Assembly (NCBI GenBank): GCA_002256025.1
Contig: NKIB01013929.1
Location: 1-49,802, forward strand
DNA length: 49,802 nt
Source of the DNA: Asterionella formosa
Lineage: Eukaryota
Direction: 5' to 3'
Shown here: positions 33,999 through 45,053 of the stretch, in pieces
Numbering within the stretch: the first letter of the stretch is position 1
How the letters are laid out: every line of letters begins with the position of its first letter
Translations under genes and position numbers: made by a program
The notes under the pieces: model-generated
Databases searched by the model: none
What the model was told of the DNA's origin: nothing
Seen by the model: only the letters and a program-made list of their open reading frames with translations

Positions 33999-35156
33999 TC
34001 ATTTTGCAGTGCTCCGCTCATCAGGTCCCCCGGTAACAGAATCAATAAACGTCTTAAGTCCAAATAGGGCAGCCTTTGATCCACCAAATGCGGCCTTTCC
34101 CACAGACTTTGCCAATTCTCGACCTAATGTTTCGTATTCAGCTTTGTCTTCTTTGTTTTCGACAGTGTTGGGTCCCAATGGAATATTTTTAATTTGGAGT
34201 TTCCTCTTCATCGTGATCACTTCGTTCAGTCGTTCTTGTCTCTTTCGTAGGCAACCTTCTGCGGTTTTCATATTCTCGGCAGCCTCATTCAATGAAGCCT
34301 CTATCTCCTCAAAATCCGACCATTCATAAGCTGCATCAGCCTTGGGTTTGGCAAGACCAAGCAATTTAGACGTGAGAAGTGCCGATCGACGTTGTCCTGC
34401 TTCCAATACAGACTCCAGATCAACTAGTGAAGCTTTCAAGTTAGCCACTAAGTCAAGATCTATCTGAGTAGCTCGTCTCTTTTGTTCCATCATCTCATCT
34501 AGCTGACTGGCAATTGATCCAGGTGCAAGCTTGGATCGCACTTGTTGCATTTCCGCGAAAATTTGATCCTCTTTTGCCGTCAAAATCATTTTCGCTGATA
34601 ATTTTTCGTTCAGAATGTTTATGGTTTCCACGATTTCACTCTCACGGGAAGCTTCCAACCGAATCTCAGACTGAAGGACACGAGTGTATTGCTCCACCTC
34701 TTCATCAATCTTCACTTGCTGCTCGGCCAATTTTTCTTTCAATTCTTCCTCGATTTCTTTCTGGGCGAGTTCGAACTTTCGTCGGAGACGATCGATCTTT
34801 TCGATAGCCTTGGTTGATTCGTAGTTTGACCGCGACATGCGCTTTTCGGTGCGGGCTTTGGACTCACGGAGTGCCTCGCAAGTTGTGGCATATGAACGAC
34901 CAAGAAAAGCATTTAACATGGAAGAAAAAAGTTCCGAGAGACTTACATCCAACGAGACATCATCGAACGATTCCACCTTCGCAGAGGCTTCTTTCATAAG
35001 CCCGTTCACAGCACCTTCAGAGGCAAATACATTATAATCCTCACCGTTCATCCGGCTGATGGTCACCTCCTTCCTGGCGGCCATCCTTGGAGCAAAAGCA
35101 CCAACGCAAGTTCCCAACGCAAGGGCAATTATCACTTGCTGATGGTAACGAACCAT
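33999..35156 (-). CDS. Plastid-targeted coiled-coil protein, 385 aa
   Basis: ATG at 35156: MVRYHQQVIIALALGTCVGA|FAP is a canonical ASAFAP site. Long E/K/L heptad region; the C-terminal motif is shared with the neighbouring gene. Confidence 0.85.
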   Translation of the reverse strand: MVRYHQQVIIALALGTCVGAFAPRMAARKEVTISRMNGEDYNVFASEGAVNGLMKEASAKVESFDDVSLDVSLSELFSSMLNAFLGRSYATTCEALRESKARTEKRMSRSNYESTKAIEKIDRLRRKFELAQKEIEEELKEKLAEQQVKIDEEVEQYTRVLQSEIRLEASRESEIVETINILNEKLSAKMILTAKEDQIFAEMQQVRSKLAPGSIASQLDEMMEQKRRATQIDLDLVANLKASLVDLESVLEAGQRRSALLTSKLLGLAKPKADAAYEWSDFEEIEASLNEAAENMKTAEGCLRKRQERLNEVITMKRKLQIKNIPLGPNTVENKEDKAEYETLGRELAKSVGKAAFGGSKAALFGLKTFIDSVTGGPDERSTAK

Positions 35157-36035
35157 GATGAGTAGCGACCGGGGGTAAGACGCAAAACAACTAAAGCGAG
35201 CGAGCTGGATGAAAAATGACGTGCGTAGACGGCAAAGATCAAGAAGCACAGAACGCAGAAATGTGAACTGAACAGATACAAGGTAATGAAACTCCACCTG
35301 GTACGAGTACAACTACCCGGTACTAAAAGCGCATGTCATAGAAAATCATGTTCAACTACACTTGCGTCATCAAAAGTCGTGGTATACATTTAAAACGTAT
35401 CATCATGACGTTGGTGGTCGATTGCTTACGGCCTTTCAATTACATGTTTATTCATAAATGTATTATAGAGTATGATCGACCAACATACCGTATACTGTAC
35501 TTTATTGTTCTGAACCCTCAATGTACACTGCCTTGACTGAATTTGACTGATCCCTTTTTAACAATTGTAAAATGTAGTGAGCTGACATTCCCAAAACAAA
35601 ATTGTTCTGCTAACAGCTGACGTACAATATAACCTAAAATAGTCTAGACTCTACTAATTAGATGCTCCGAATATACTCCTCACTCTTGACATTCCGATAA
35701 ACTAACTGAATGTGATGGCTTTACTTAACTAGGTATTTAATCAGTTGCCTGACCAATAAAGGTCGAAATTATTTGATCCTTGATTTGGTAATCTTTGTCG
35801 TCGTGATCCCTCCTTGGCGATTAGGTTCAGCATTTTCATTTTCTAGTTACATTCTTCAGGACCATGGGACAATCAATATAAAGTGGAGAAAACTGCATGG
35901 TATTATTTAATTTATTGCTACTAAATACAATACAACATGATTGCATCATCACTTGTGCAGCAAGTAGTGTTATTTGCCTCGTTTCAGTTCATACTTGCTT
36001 TTCCCTGAGCATTTGCCTCTTTCTCATTATACGAC

Positions 36036-36575
36036 TTATTTTGGAGCGGATACAATGTCAACAAATGCTTTTAATCCAAATATGGCAGCCTTGGATCCAC
36101 CAAACGCAACTTTTCCAACAGATTCTGCCAATAGACCTAACGCGTTGTAGTCGTCGCCCTCGGTTTCTTCTACGAGAGATTGCTCTGACAATGATTCTTC
36201 CATGAACGACTCATTCCTGAAATTTTCCTTAGTTTCTTCTATAGGAGCGTCTGTTTGCGACAAGAAGAAGAAAGCGCTAGAAGGTACTGATGAATGACTG
36301 GTAGAGGGTCCACTTGTGATTTCTGCGCTGGTGAAGGCACGGCATGCAGGGTTGTTTTCCATATCAGTTGGAGGTTCTATAGGAGGTCGGGGAGTCCAGA
36401 TCACAGCAGGGTTGTTTTCCATATCAATGGGAGGTTCATTCGGAGGTCGGGGAGTCAACAAAATGCTCCAGTTGCTTCTACCAATCGTTGTCACTGTGAA
36501 TGCCTTGACGTGATCGCAAGCTCCACCACCGAATCCCAACGCTATGGCAATGATTAGTAGTTTGAAACAAGCCAT
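36036..36575 (-). CDS. Small probable plastid-targeted protein with a Pro-rich repeat, 179 aa
   Basis: ATG at 36575: MACFKLLIIAIALG...VKA|FTV. A 60-nt in-frame duplication lies at 36346-36456. C-terminal LAESVGKVAFGGSKAAIFGLKAFVDIV. Confidence 0.7.
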   Translation of the reverse strand: MACFKLLIIAIALGFGGGACDHVKAFTVTTIGRSNWSILLTPRPPNEPPIDMENNPAVIWTPRPPIEPPTDMENNPACRAFTSAEITSGPSTSHSSVPSSAFFFLSQTDAPIEETKENFRNESFMEESLSEQSLVEETEGDDYNALGLLAESVGKVAFGGSKAAIFGLKAFVDIVSAPK

Positions 36576-37333
36576 TAATATAGCAGAATGAGATGTTAGC
36601 TCGATTGAATGGAAGGCTATATCACTGGTCGCAAAGGCTGGATAAAACAACTGACCGTAATTATGTCAGCAATGAGCAAAGCAAAACCATTGCCCTTTTC
36701 CGTTCCGAAGTTACATACAGGTTGCTTTATTTGTTGCATGGTTTCTATAGTAAAATATTTACAGGAATGTATCGTATGTCTTCACGTAACTCAACATGCC
36801 GTACACGTCAACGAGATACATACTGGGCAATTTGAGGTAATTTTGCTGAAACTAAAGATTTTGCTTTCTTTTTCCAAGATTAAAATGACCACAACTTGTG
36901 GTACCTGGTATCAGGTACTACCTGATGGTACGTGGTAAAAATCTGGATCGACCGCACTGTTTCCTCACATTCGTTTGATTAATTCGACTAACACTTAACT
37001 CGCCACTCTCCAAAATATGTTCACCAAGTAACTGTATGCATTAGAGCGCTCTCAGTAGGATTGATGTTATTGCACGAATGAAAATGTGTTTTCGTCTGCA
37101 TATGCATTACATGTGAATGATCTACTAGTGGACTTATTAGAATACCATAAAACCGGCAATTCAAAATCGGCGGAAAAATCGTCCGCATTTTTCCGTCCAG
37201 TTGAGGATGTTAGCATCCTGTTCCTAGATACTGGTAGTTAAATTGAATATCAGGTTCAGAAGTTAACAACATTTATATAGACATAAAATTCAGAACAAGT
37301 GCGTCAATGCAGTAGTATGTAAAATTTTTGCCA

Positions 37334-39768
37334 TACATCTAAGCCACGAAATACGCCACTTTTCGAAATTTGTTCTACGTAGGAGTGTTAATTATGTGGT
37401 ACTTCACATGAATTAATGCCACTCTTCCCGGAGAAAAGGTTACTTTTAACGGTTTCATGTGAAGATTTCACAAAAAAAATTGAACTCAAGACTGAATTAG
37501 TTGATGTTTCAAATAATTCATTTCAAAGTTCAACTAAGACCCTGCTCTCGTGGCTAATTTATTTACGACATGCATCTTCCTTTGTGAAATAGTAAGGATA
37601 TTTGTGGTGTCTTAATTCATGCTACCAGGTACAGTTAATGGTTGTGCACTTCACGTAAATAATATTTACAGTTTTGCTGAACAAGATTACTCATCGTGGT
37701 TTCATGTGATAGCTGGTTCACAATCATACAGTTATTTCCAAGGCAGGACTAATTGATGTTACAACAAAAAAATTTAAAAGTTCAAGATAAATTTTTTAGA
37801 TGATAAATCATTGCGAAAGACGACTTCACTACAAATTGTTTGATTGCAATCTGCCCTGAATTGATTGAGAAAAACGGAACGAAATGGATCTCGAGAAATA
37901 TCGCGACATGATTCGTGAGGATGATGCAAGCAACAACCAACCCTAATGAGGACAAAACAGGTACAGAACGAAACATTTAATATTGAATTTGAAATGCTAA
38001 ACTAAATATCTATTCGAATTAGTGTGTGTTATCGACTGCAAATCTTCGGAGTGCTATTGGGCATGAATTGATGGAGAAAATCGAAGCGATGTGGTTGTCG
38101 GCAAGTGGGTGCATGAAGCATATCAACAATCATCCTTACCATCGATATTGTCAGCATCCAATATGAATTCTCTTATTCTTTCACATAAACTATATTTCGT
38201 ATGAATTCTGAAGATACAAAACATATGGATAACATACCTGGTGTATTGTGCATATGTCTGGAATGGCATTGTGATGCCGAGTGTGTTGACCTCAGCTAAT
38301 GAATAGTAGGTATGGTACCTGGGACCAGGTACCGGTATACAAGGCCTACTCAGGGCTACTATGATACATACTAGCAGGGCTAGTACCAGGTACCAGGGGA
38401 GTACCTGTTACCTGGTACCTTGTACCTTGGGTCTTTTGACGTTGCACTCAGACATACTAACAAATAGCTATACTGTATGGTACCACCAGGTACTCCTGGC
38501 TGGTAGGTACCACCAGGTCATCGTTACAAGTGTGAGACTGTAGGTTTGCCCTACCGGTATTTCCGTCTTTCCCTTCTTGTTACAATAGGAATTATTTCGT
38601 TCGTACTGAGAAACTGTACTCATTTCTACGTGCATACTGTGGAACTGTAGGATTGCACTACCAGCATTGCTTCCCGTATTCCCCTTATTACAATAGAATA
38701 TGGCGTTCGTACTGTGAATATATTAAGAGTAACCACTGGATGTGTCCTCTCCTTCTTGTCATACCGATATTTGTTTAAGGTCACACTTGTAGCATCAAAA
38801 TTTTTCCCGACGAAGTAAGACTGCGCCAGGTTTTTTCATGTAGATTGTAGGTTCTGTTGGTACAAAGATGAAGTCATGGCTGCGCCAGGATTTTTGACCC
38901 TCTGAATTCATAAAGACAACATTTAACCACCACTGTGCACAATATAGTATGTTTTCAACATGGGGACGACCCTTAAAAGCAGCATCCCCTTCTAGCTTTT
39001 CAGCGCCTCACCATTAACAAATCCTACATCAGCCAAGAACTCACATATTGTTTGTTGAAACAATAGAAGGTGGAATGACACAACATTGAGATTGTAAGCA
39101 ATCGATGCTTTTAAGGTAAGGTTTATTTGCTTGCTATTTTTGCTATTATATCACCAAGCGAGGGAAAACTCATGATATGTCAGGTTTTTGTTTTCAACAT
39201 TCATTTGACATTTGAACAGGCCTTTTCAGAAAAGCAGTGTTCTTTGGAAATTATGGGTGATAGCAGATGAAATGACACAATATGGAGACCCGCAATGGAG
39301 GCCTTCAAGGTGAGCTTAATCTTCAGTTTTCATAATTGTATCAGCAAAACGAGCGAAAAATCACGTGCTTCTGTTATTGTTCTCTACATTTATTTTACAT
39401 TTTAGCCGTCCATTTCACAACAGGAGCATCTTTTTCAATGCATCAGTGAGTTGCGGTGCTGCCTGGTGGCTGGCTAATGCCGGTGTCAAGGCAATGTGAA
39501 CTAAGTTACAGAATTACGTGAAGTATTTCAAATAATTAGCTACGTGAAGTATTTCAAAAAATTATGTGAAGGTGATCATGTAATATAGTGATGATCAGGA
39601 ATGCATGCATGATACTCTGATCAAATAAATAACGTGATGTATTCAGATAATATATAGATTTATTCAAGTAAGCATTTTGATGTATTCAACTAATTCATGT
39701 GATCAATTCAAAATCAACTAGGCTTATTTACGTGATGGTCACTTCACGTAATACGCGGCTTAGATGTA
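37334..39768 (+). mobile_element. Complete 2.43-kb non-autonomous TIR element with a TA target duplication
   Basis: Left end TA|CATCTAAGCCACGAAATACG; right end CGTAATACGCGGCTTAGATG|TA (17/20 inverted match). Both ends have independent copies elsewhere in the window. No transposase ORF. Confidence 0.85.
38310..38520. repeat. TACCAGG mosaic cluster inside the TIR element
   Basis: GGTACCTGGGACCAGGTACCGGTA, GTACCAGGTACCAGGGG, TACCTGGTACC and GGTACCACCAGG (x2). Confidence 0.85.
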
Positions 39769-39806
39769 CCTGAAAATAGCTTTACATTTATTTACGAACA
39801 TGGATT

Positions 39807-39906
39807 AGGGGAATGGTTAAATTGGTTAGCACCCAACACCTCATGAGGTGGTGGGTTCGATGCTTACATTCTCCACCTGACTTCCATTTATGTAGTCCCT
39901 AGGGTT
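39807..39906 (+). mobile_element. tRNA-derived SINE-like element, copy 1
   Basis: GGGGAATGGTTAAATTGG (A box), GGTTCGATGC (B box) and CATTCTCCA (acceptor-like pairing). The tail TTTATGTAGTCCCTAGGGTT is shared with copy 2. Confidence 0.6.
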
Positions 39907-40696
39907 GTTATGGGGGTGGGTGAGGATGACAAAGAGACAGTTCCTGTTTTACTTTGTGGACAACAAAACTGGTACTAATTGTTTCCATTCAAGTGGGCAC
40001 GAGTGCGATTATTGAATAGCTTTAACATACTGTAAAATTTAATGGCCATTTTTTGTTTCTGAGCATGAATTATCCTGTTTGTTTTACATACAAATTTTCT
40101 TGACATCAACACATATTAATTATGGACTGATCAGGTAATGGCTAAGTGCGTCTGCAAATAGAAAACATGTTATTCATGTGATGCATCTTATAATGACAAT
40201 CACAGTATGATGATATAATTTCAATTTATCATCTAGTATATATAATAATTATCGTCAAAGAGACTATTGTCAAGTATAAATCTATACATACTATCTATGG
40301 ATTGTTTACCATCCCGCTACAACAATCAGCAGTTGCTCAATCAATTGAAATTCATTAGGTGATGGAGTTAAAGTTGTCGGATATGTGGATGTTAAAAGTA
40401 AGATCAAAAGAGCTAAATATTGTTATCCGTGGTCTAATTTTATTGGCAATCTTTTGAAACCAGAAAGTGACATCTATAATTCATAAAGTTTGATTCATAT
40501 ATCCTAAATGTTTGATCAAAGCGTATCCATCATATGATAGGAGTGTCAATTATACGAGAAAATGAAATATAATTATTATATGAGTTGTACCATACGAAAA
40601 GTGTTGTATGGCTCCCGCTGATTGAGGGGCCTACCACTGACTTGTAGGTACTACAAGAATCGATAAGGAAAAAATCAAAAACAGTACATCAGGTCG

Positions 40697-41114
40697 TGTC
40701 AGTGTAACATGTCTAGCTAACAAGTCATTCCTTCTCATGGTTACTGTAACTGCATAGGACAAAAAAACCGATCAAACAACGGAATAGTCGGCAAGTTCAG
40801 AATGATACTAACAGCAGGGAAAAGGATGCAACATTAGTAAGGCACTGCTTGGCACAAGATTCAGAATAGAGGAAGAAAAGGGCGAGACAGGAACAATATA
40901 CATTGAGACAAGTGGAGAGGAGAGAAACATTCCTCGGGTAGCTGTCAATACAGAAATATCATTGTTAAATTTGTTAATTAAATTACGATCCATTTCAATC
41001 TATTTTGAACAATGCTTGTGATTAGAATGATGATCTTGTTTAAGATAGATTTACGATGAAACATTCACATGATAGCATGAGAGTTGAGCTGATTTTAGGA
41101 TGCATTGTAGTAAT
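40697..41114 (-). repeat. Dispersed ~420-bp repeat, copy 2
   Basis: Reverse complement of 5626-6050. Confidence 0.9.
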
Positions 41115-41785
41115 AATTTACATATTGCAATCACGAGAAGTGAAAATAATATGAGAAGGTTTATGATATTGATGAGAAATGTTGTTGATCAGTTGATGTA
41201 CATGGTGTGATGACAATGTTCTTATTATCATTATAGTTCAAGGTCGGTAAGAAAATATTAATAAATCATCATAGTTATAGGATACCTTGATCATAGTTTT
41301 GATCCAAAAATTATCATATATACGAAAATCCTGTGTCACTTAGCGTACAATACCCTTGATCCTATATGCATGATACTTTTTATTTGCAGACGAACTCCAA
41401 AAAGCGTTGCATCAGATTGTTGAGGGCTCTCCTTTTTGGTTGAACTGGCTGGCTGATGGTTGCAACGAAATACCTCGTGCTGGTTCTTGGTCCCAGTGTT
41501 CCATGCTACCAAATACCGGTGGTACCAGGAAGGTCCTGTAGCGCACGTTTTGTTCGCACCTTTTCAGTTTCGACGCACTCCCAATAGATTTTCTCATGCC
41601 TGGTGCCTGACGAGATAGACTGGTTTTTCATTCAAAACTCTCATAAGTAACTTTCTTTAATGTTAAATCATCATTCATTAACTCCAAGTCGTGTTCTGAT
41701 CATCGCAATCGTGTTCACCTACTACTACTGGTAGTGTATTCAGCAACTGGATGACGGTTTGCTAATGGGGTTCACCAATCAATAA

Positions 41786-41896
41786 CTTCTAGTCGTAGTC
41801 AGAAATTTCTAGTGATAGTCAGCAGTTTCTAGTTGTTATTGACAGTTTCTTGTTGTAGTCAGCAGTTTCTAGTCATTGTCAGCAGATTTCTAGTCG
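41786..41896 (+). repeat. 20-bp minisatellite, about 5.5 degenerate copies
   Basis: Consensus approximately TTTCTAGTCATTGTCAGCAG at period 20. Confidence 0.85.
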
Positions 41897-42132
41897 AATT
41901 TCATTGTCATTGTTGTTGTCGTCAACTAGTTCGGCAGCAATCATGAACAAAGAGTCACTTTGAAAATGTCAATGGACTATTAATAGACATTACATAAATA
42001 GTGAATCAAACAAAATAGCGCTCGACCTATAAATTACTGTAGTATAGCATGCTGTAGTACTATGCTACTGTGATTTTGTCAAGTCTGTTCGTAACTTTGT
42101 CGTTTTGAATTGTGCATCATCCGCGCACCTGG

Positions 42133-42225
42133 AACCCAAGGGACTCCATAAACAATGCAGGTAGAGAATGCGGAAATCGAACCAGCCACCTCGGAAGGTG
42201 AGCTAACCAGCTAAGCTATTCCTCT
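42133..42225 (-). mobile_element. tRNA-derived SINE-like element, copy 2
   Basis: The minus strand reads AGAGGAATAGCTTAGCTGGTTAGCTCACCTTCCGAGGTGGCTGGTTCGATTTCCGCATTCTCTACCTGCATTGTTTATGGAGTCCCTTGGGTT. A box TAGCTTAGCTGG; B box GGTTCGATTTC. Confidence 0.65.
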
Positions 42226-42745
42226 ATGTTTTGTTAGATATAATTACCAAATAGCATAGCATCGTTTTCATTTTCCATGGAGGAATTTGTTATTTTCGAC
42301 ATGGTCAAGGCAGAGATGGCGCAATGGCAGGATTCTCTAGCTGCGCACAAGAACTGCACTCTAGCATTTTATATCCTGAAAGAAATCGCAACATCTAAGC
42401 TAAGTAATTATATACTACTAGTTTCTAGGCTACCTCAGGTACCTGGTACCTTGAAAATATGTACCGGTATCATAGTATGTACTAGCCATAGTATGCATGT
42501 CATAAGTGATTTGTATGATATTGCAAATAGTCTAGTATAGGGGTACCCGGTAGTAGGCTGTTGCATCTGGAATGATAATGACTGTGACCATGCATGATGT
42601 ATATAGATATCACGTTAGATATGCTTATATGCAGTTTTGGCAAGGCAATCAGGGGGGAAATGGTTGTCTTTGTTCATGTATAGTACACTGCCTTCATAGC
42701 CATAATAAGGGTCCTCATTCAGAAAATCTACCAGCATTCTTATTT

Positions 42746-42815
42746 GCAAGTTCTAGTTGTTGTCAGCAAATTTTACTAATTGTCAGCAAATCTTAGTCAT
42801 TGTCAGCAAGTTCTA
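42746..42815 (+). repeat. 20-bp minisatellite, about 3.5 copies, same family as 41786-41896
   Basis: TTCTAGTTGTTGTCAGCAAA / TTTTACTAATTGTCAGCAAA / TCTTAGTCATTGTCAGCAAG. Confidence 0.85.
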
Positions 42816-43024
42816 TACCGTATGTAGAAACCTTCCAGGTACTCCTACCAGGTAGAGTACCGGTAGCAAGTTCTTTTACGGGTGTACCGTACATAGGTAC
42901 TGCCATGATATTTGTCATTGCCTGCTTCTGCCTGCCACATACCCCAGTGCACTATCATACCCCCAGATGGCAATAATGTAAACCGGTTGTTTCAGCCCCA
43001 TAACTCTAGTCCACTGAGATAAAT

Positions 43025-44955
43025 ATGACAGAGCAAGCTTGTGCGTCGCCTTGGGCGACGACTGTAATTCCCGGGCCCACCATGGTCCTAGGTTGCCTAT
43101 GCTTTGTTCTTATTTACTTCAAATTATCCGATTGGCATGTGTTCTACATGATCAAGCTAATTCTTGAATTCCGGTCGCCTGTTCCGCTCCTTGATGTGCC
43201 AATGACTGCCGCCGAAAGGGACGATGATGGTGTGCCCTCCAAACCATCCACGAAAGTTGATCTCAGAGATCCGAGCAGACCTGGCTTCATTCAGTGCTTC
43301 GATCCTTCGACGAAGCAACGCCTTGGCGAAGTGACAGCAATGACGGCATTGGAAGTGCACGCGCTCTGCGTCAAGGCCGCCCGAGCACAGAAGTCATGGG
43401 CCAAGACCACTTTTTCTGAGCGCCGGAAGGTATTGAGAACAATTCAAAGATACATTGTACACCACGTCGAAGACATTTGCCGCGTCTGTGCCAGAGATTC
43501 TGGAAAACCGAAGGTCGACGCCTTGTTGGGGGAAGTCATGACGACCTGTGAGAAAATTCGATGTACAAATGCCAACGGGGAACTTTGGTTGCGTAAAAGC
43601 TACAGACCGACTGGTCCTGTCATGATGCACAAGACTGCATACGTGGAGTATGTTCCTCTAGGAGTGCTGGGAGTGATTGCGCCATGGAACTACCCAGTGA
43701 GTACTGAAACACTTGCTCCTTGGTTTCTGCGGGTGGCTCGGTCTGTTCAGAAGTATTGATTGCTAACCTTGCCCCCCCTCATATCCCTCAGTTTCATAAC
43801 ATGCTCAATCACATCATCTCGGGAATCTTCGCTGGAAACGCCGTAGTTGGAAAAGTCTCGGAACACACATCGTGGTCTGCCGAATATTTTGGTCGAATCG
43901 TGCAAAGGGCATTGGAAGTACATGGTCACGACCCGAATTTGTGTCAAACAATAACTGGTTTTGGAGAAGCTGGTGCCGCTCTTGTATCAGATCCTCTTGT
44001 TGATAAAATAATCTTCACAGGCTCGCCCGGCGTCGGCCGCAAGGTCATGGAAGGTGCCGCTCCCCATCTCAAACCTGTTGTTTTGGAGTTGGGAGGCAAA
44101 GACCCCATGGTGTTTTGCGACGATGTCAAGATTGCTGACATTGTGCCTTGGGCCCTGCGTGGTTGCTATCAAAACAGTGGACAAAATTGTTGTGGTATTG
44201 AGCGAGTCTTTGTATATGAAAGTATTTACGAGGAATTTATCAAAGTGATCAAACCAAGAGTGCAGGCATTGAGGCAAGGTATTCCACTAGCAACATGTGG
44301 AGCTAGTGGTGATGTCGACTGTGGAGCCATGGTGATGGAAGGGCAAATAGATATTATTCAAGAATTGATTGATGATGCTGTCAAGAAGGGAGCTACACTA
44401 CACTGTGGAGGAAAGCGCAACAAGTCGCTGGATGGCCAGTTTTACGAACCAACTCTTATTTCAGGGATCACGCAGGACATGAGAATCAGCCAAGAAGAAG
44501 TATTCGGTCCCGTCATGAGCGTCTCAGTTGTACCGAATGATGATGACGATAAATGCGTTGAGCTTGTCAACAACTGCCCTTTTGGACTTGGTTCTTGCGT
44601 TTACTCTGGAAACCAAGAACGCGGTGAAAAGATTGGTCGTCAAATTCGAAGCGGAATGCTTACCGTTAATGACTTCGGTGCCAATTACATTGTTCAAGCA
44701 TTGCCTTTTGGTGGAATCAACGAGAGCGGATTTGGACGCTTTGCGGGTCCGGAAGGACTCAGGGGCTGCTGTGCGGAGCGATCCATCGTGGTAGACCGCA
44801 TTCCAGGAGTTCGAACTTTCATCCCTCCTCCTATCAACTACCCCATCGACATAAACAAGGGGCTTCCCTTTGGTGACTCATTGATGCAATTCTTCTACAA
44901 TGAGAGCATCATTGGCAAAATCAAGGGAATTATTGGATTAATCAAGTACGGCTAA
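43025..44955 (+). CDS. Aldehyde dehydrogenase, ALDH22 (Msc7-like) family, with an N-terminal membrane anchor; 2 exons (43025-43696, 43792-44955), 611 aa
   Basis: A 95-nt intron GTGAGT..TGCTAAC..CTCAG restores PWNYP|FHN. Other motifs: FTGSPGVG, catalytic LELGGKDP and GQNCCG, EEVFGP, LPFGG..ESGFGRF. The N-terminal TM and the FHN motif fit ALDH22. Confidence 0.92.
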
Positions 44956-45053
44956 TAGTTACAAGTAGTAATGTGATGGCAGTAATTACACTGTAGTCAG
45001 TAGGTGCACTCTACCTCTCGTTTTCCTTCTCGGGATTGAACACAAGCGGCCTT

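Noticed and set aside
39808..39875. Functional tRNA gene
   Set aside because: No canonical 5-bp stem with 7-nt anticodon loop, an imperfect T stem, and a shared downstream tail that points to a SINE-like repeat.
41786..42815. CRISPR-like appearance of the periodic arrays
   Set aside because: The units are contiguous and degenerate with no unique spacers. There are no cas genes and the context is eukaryotic.
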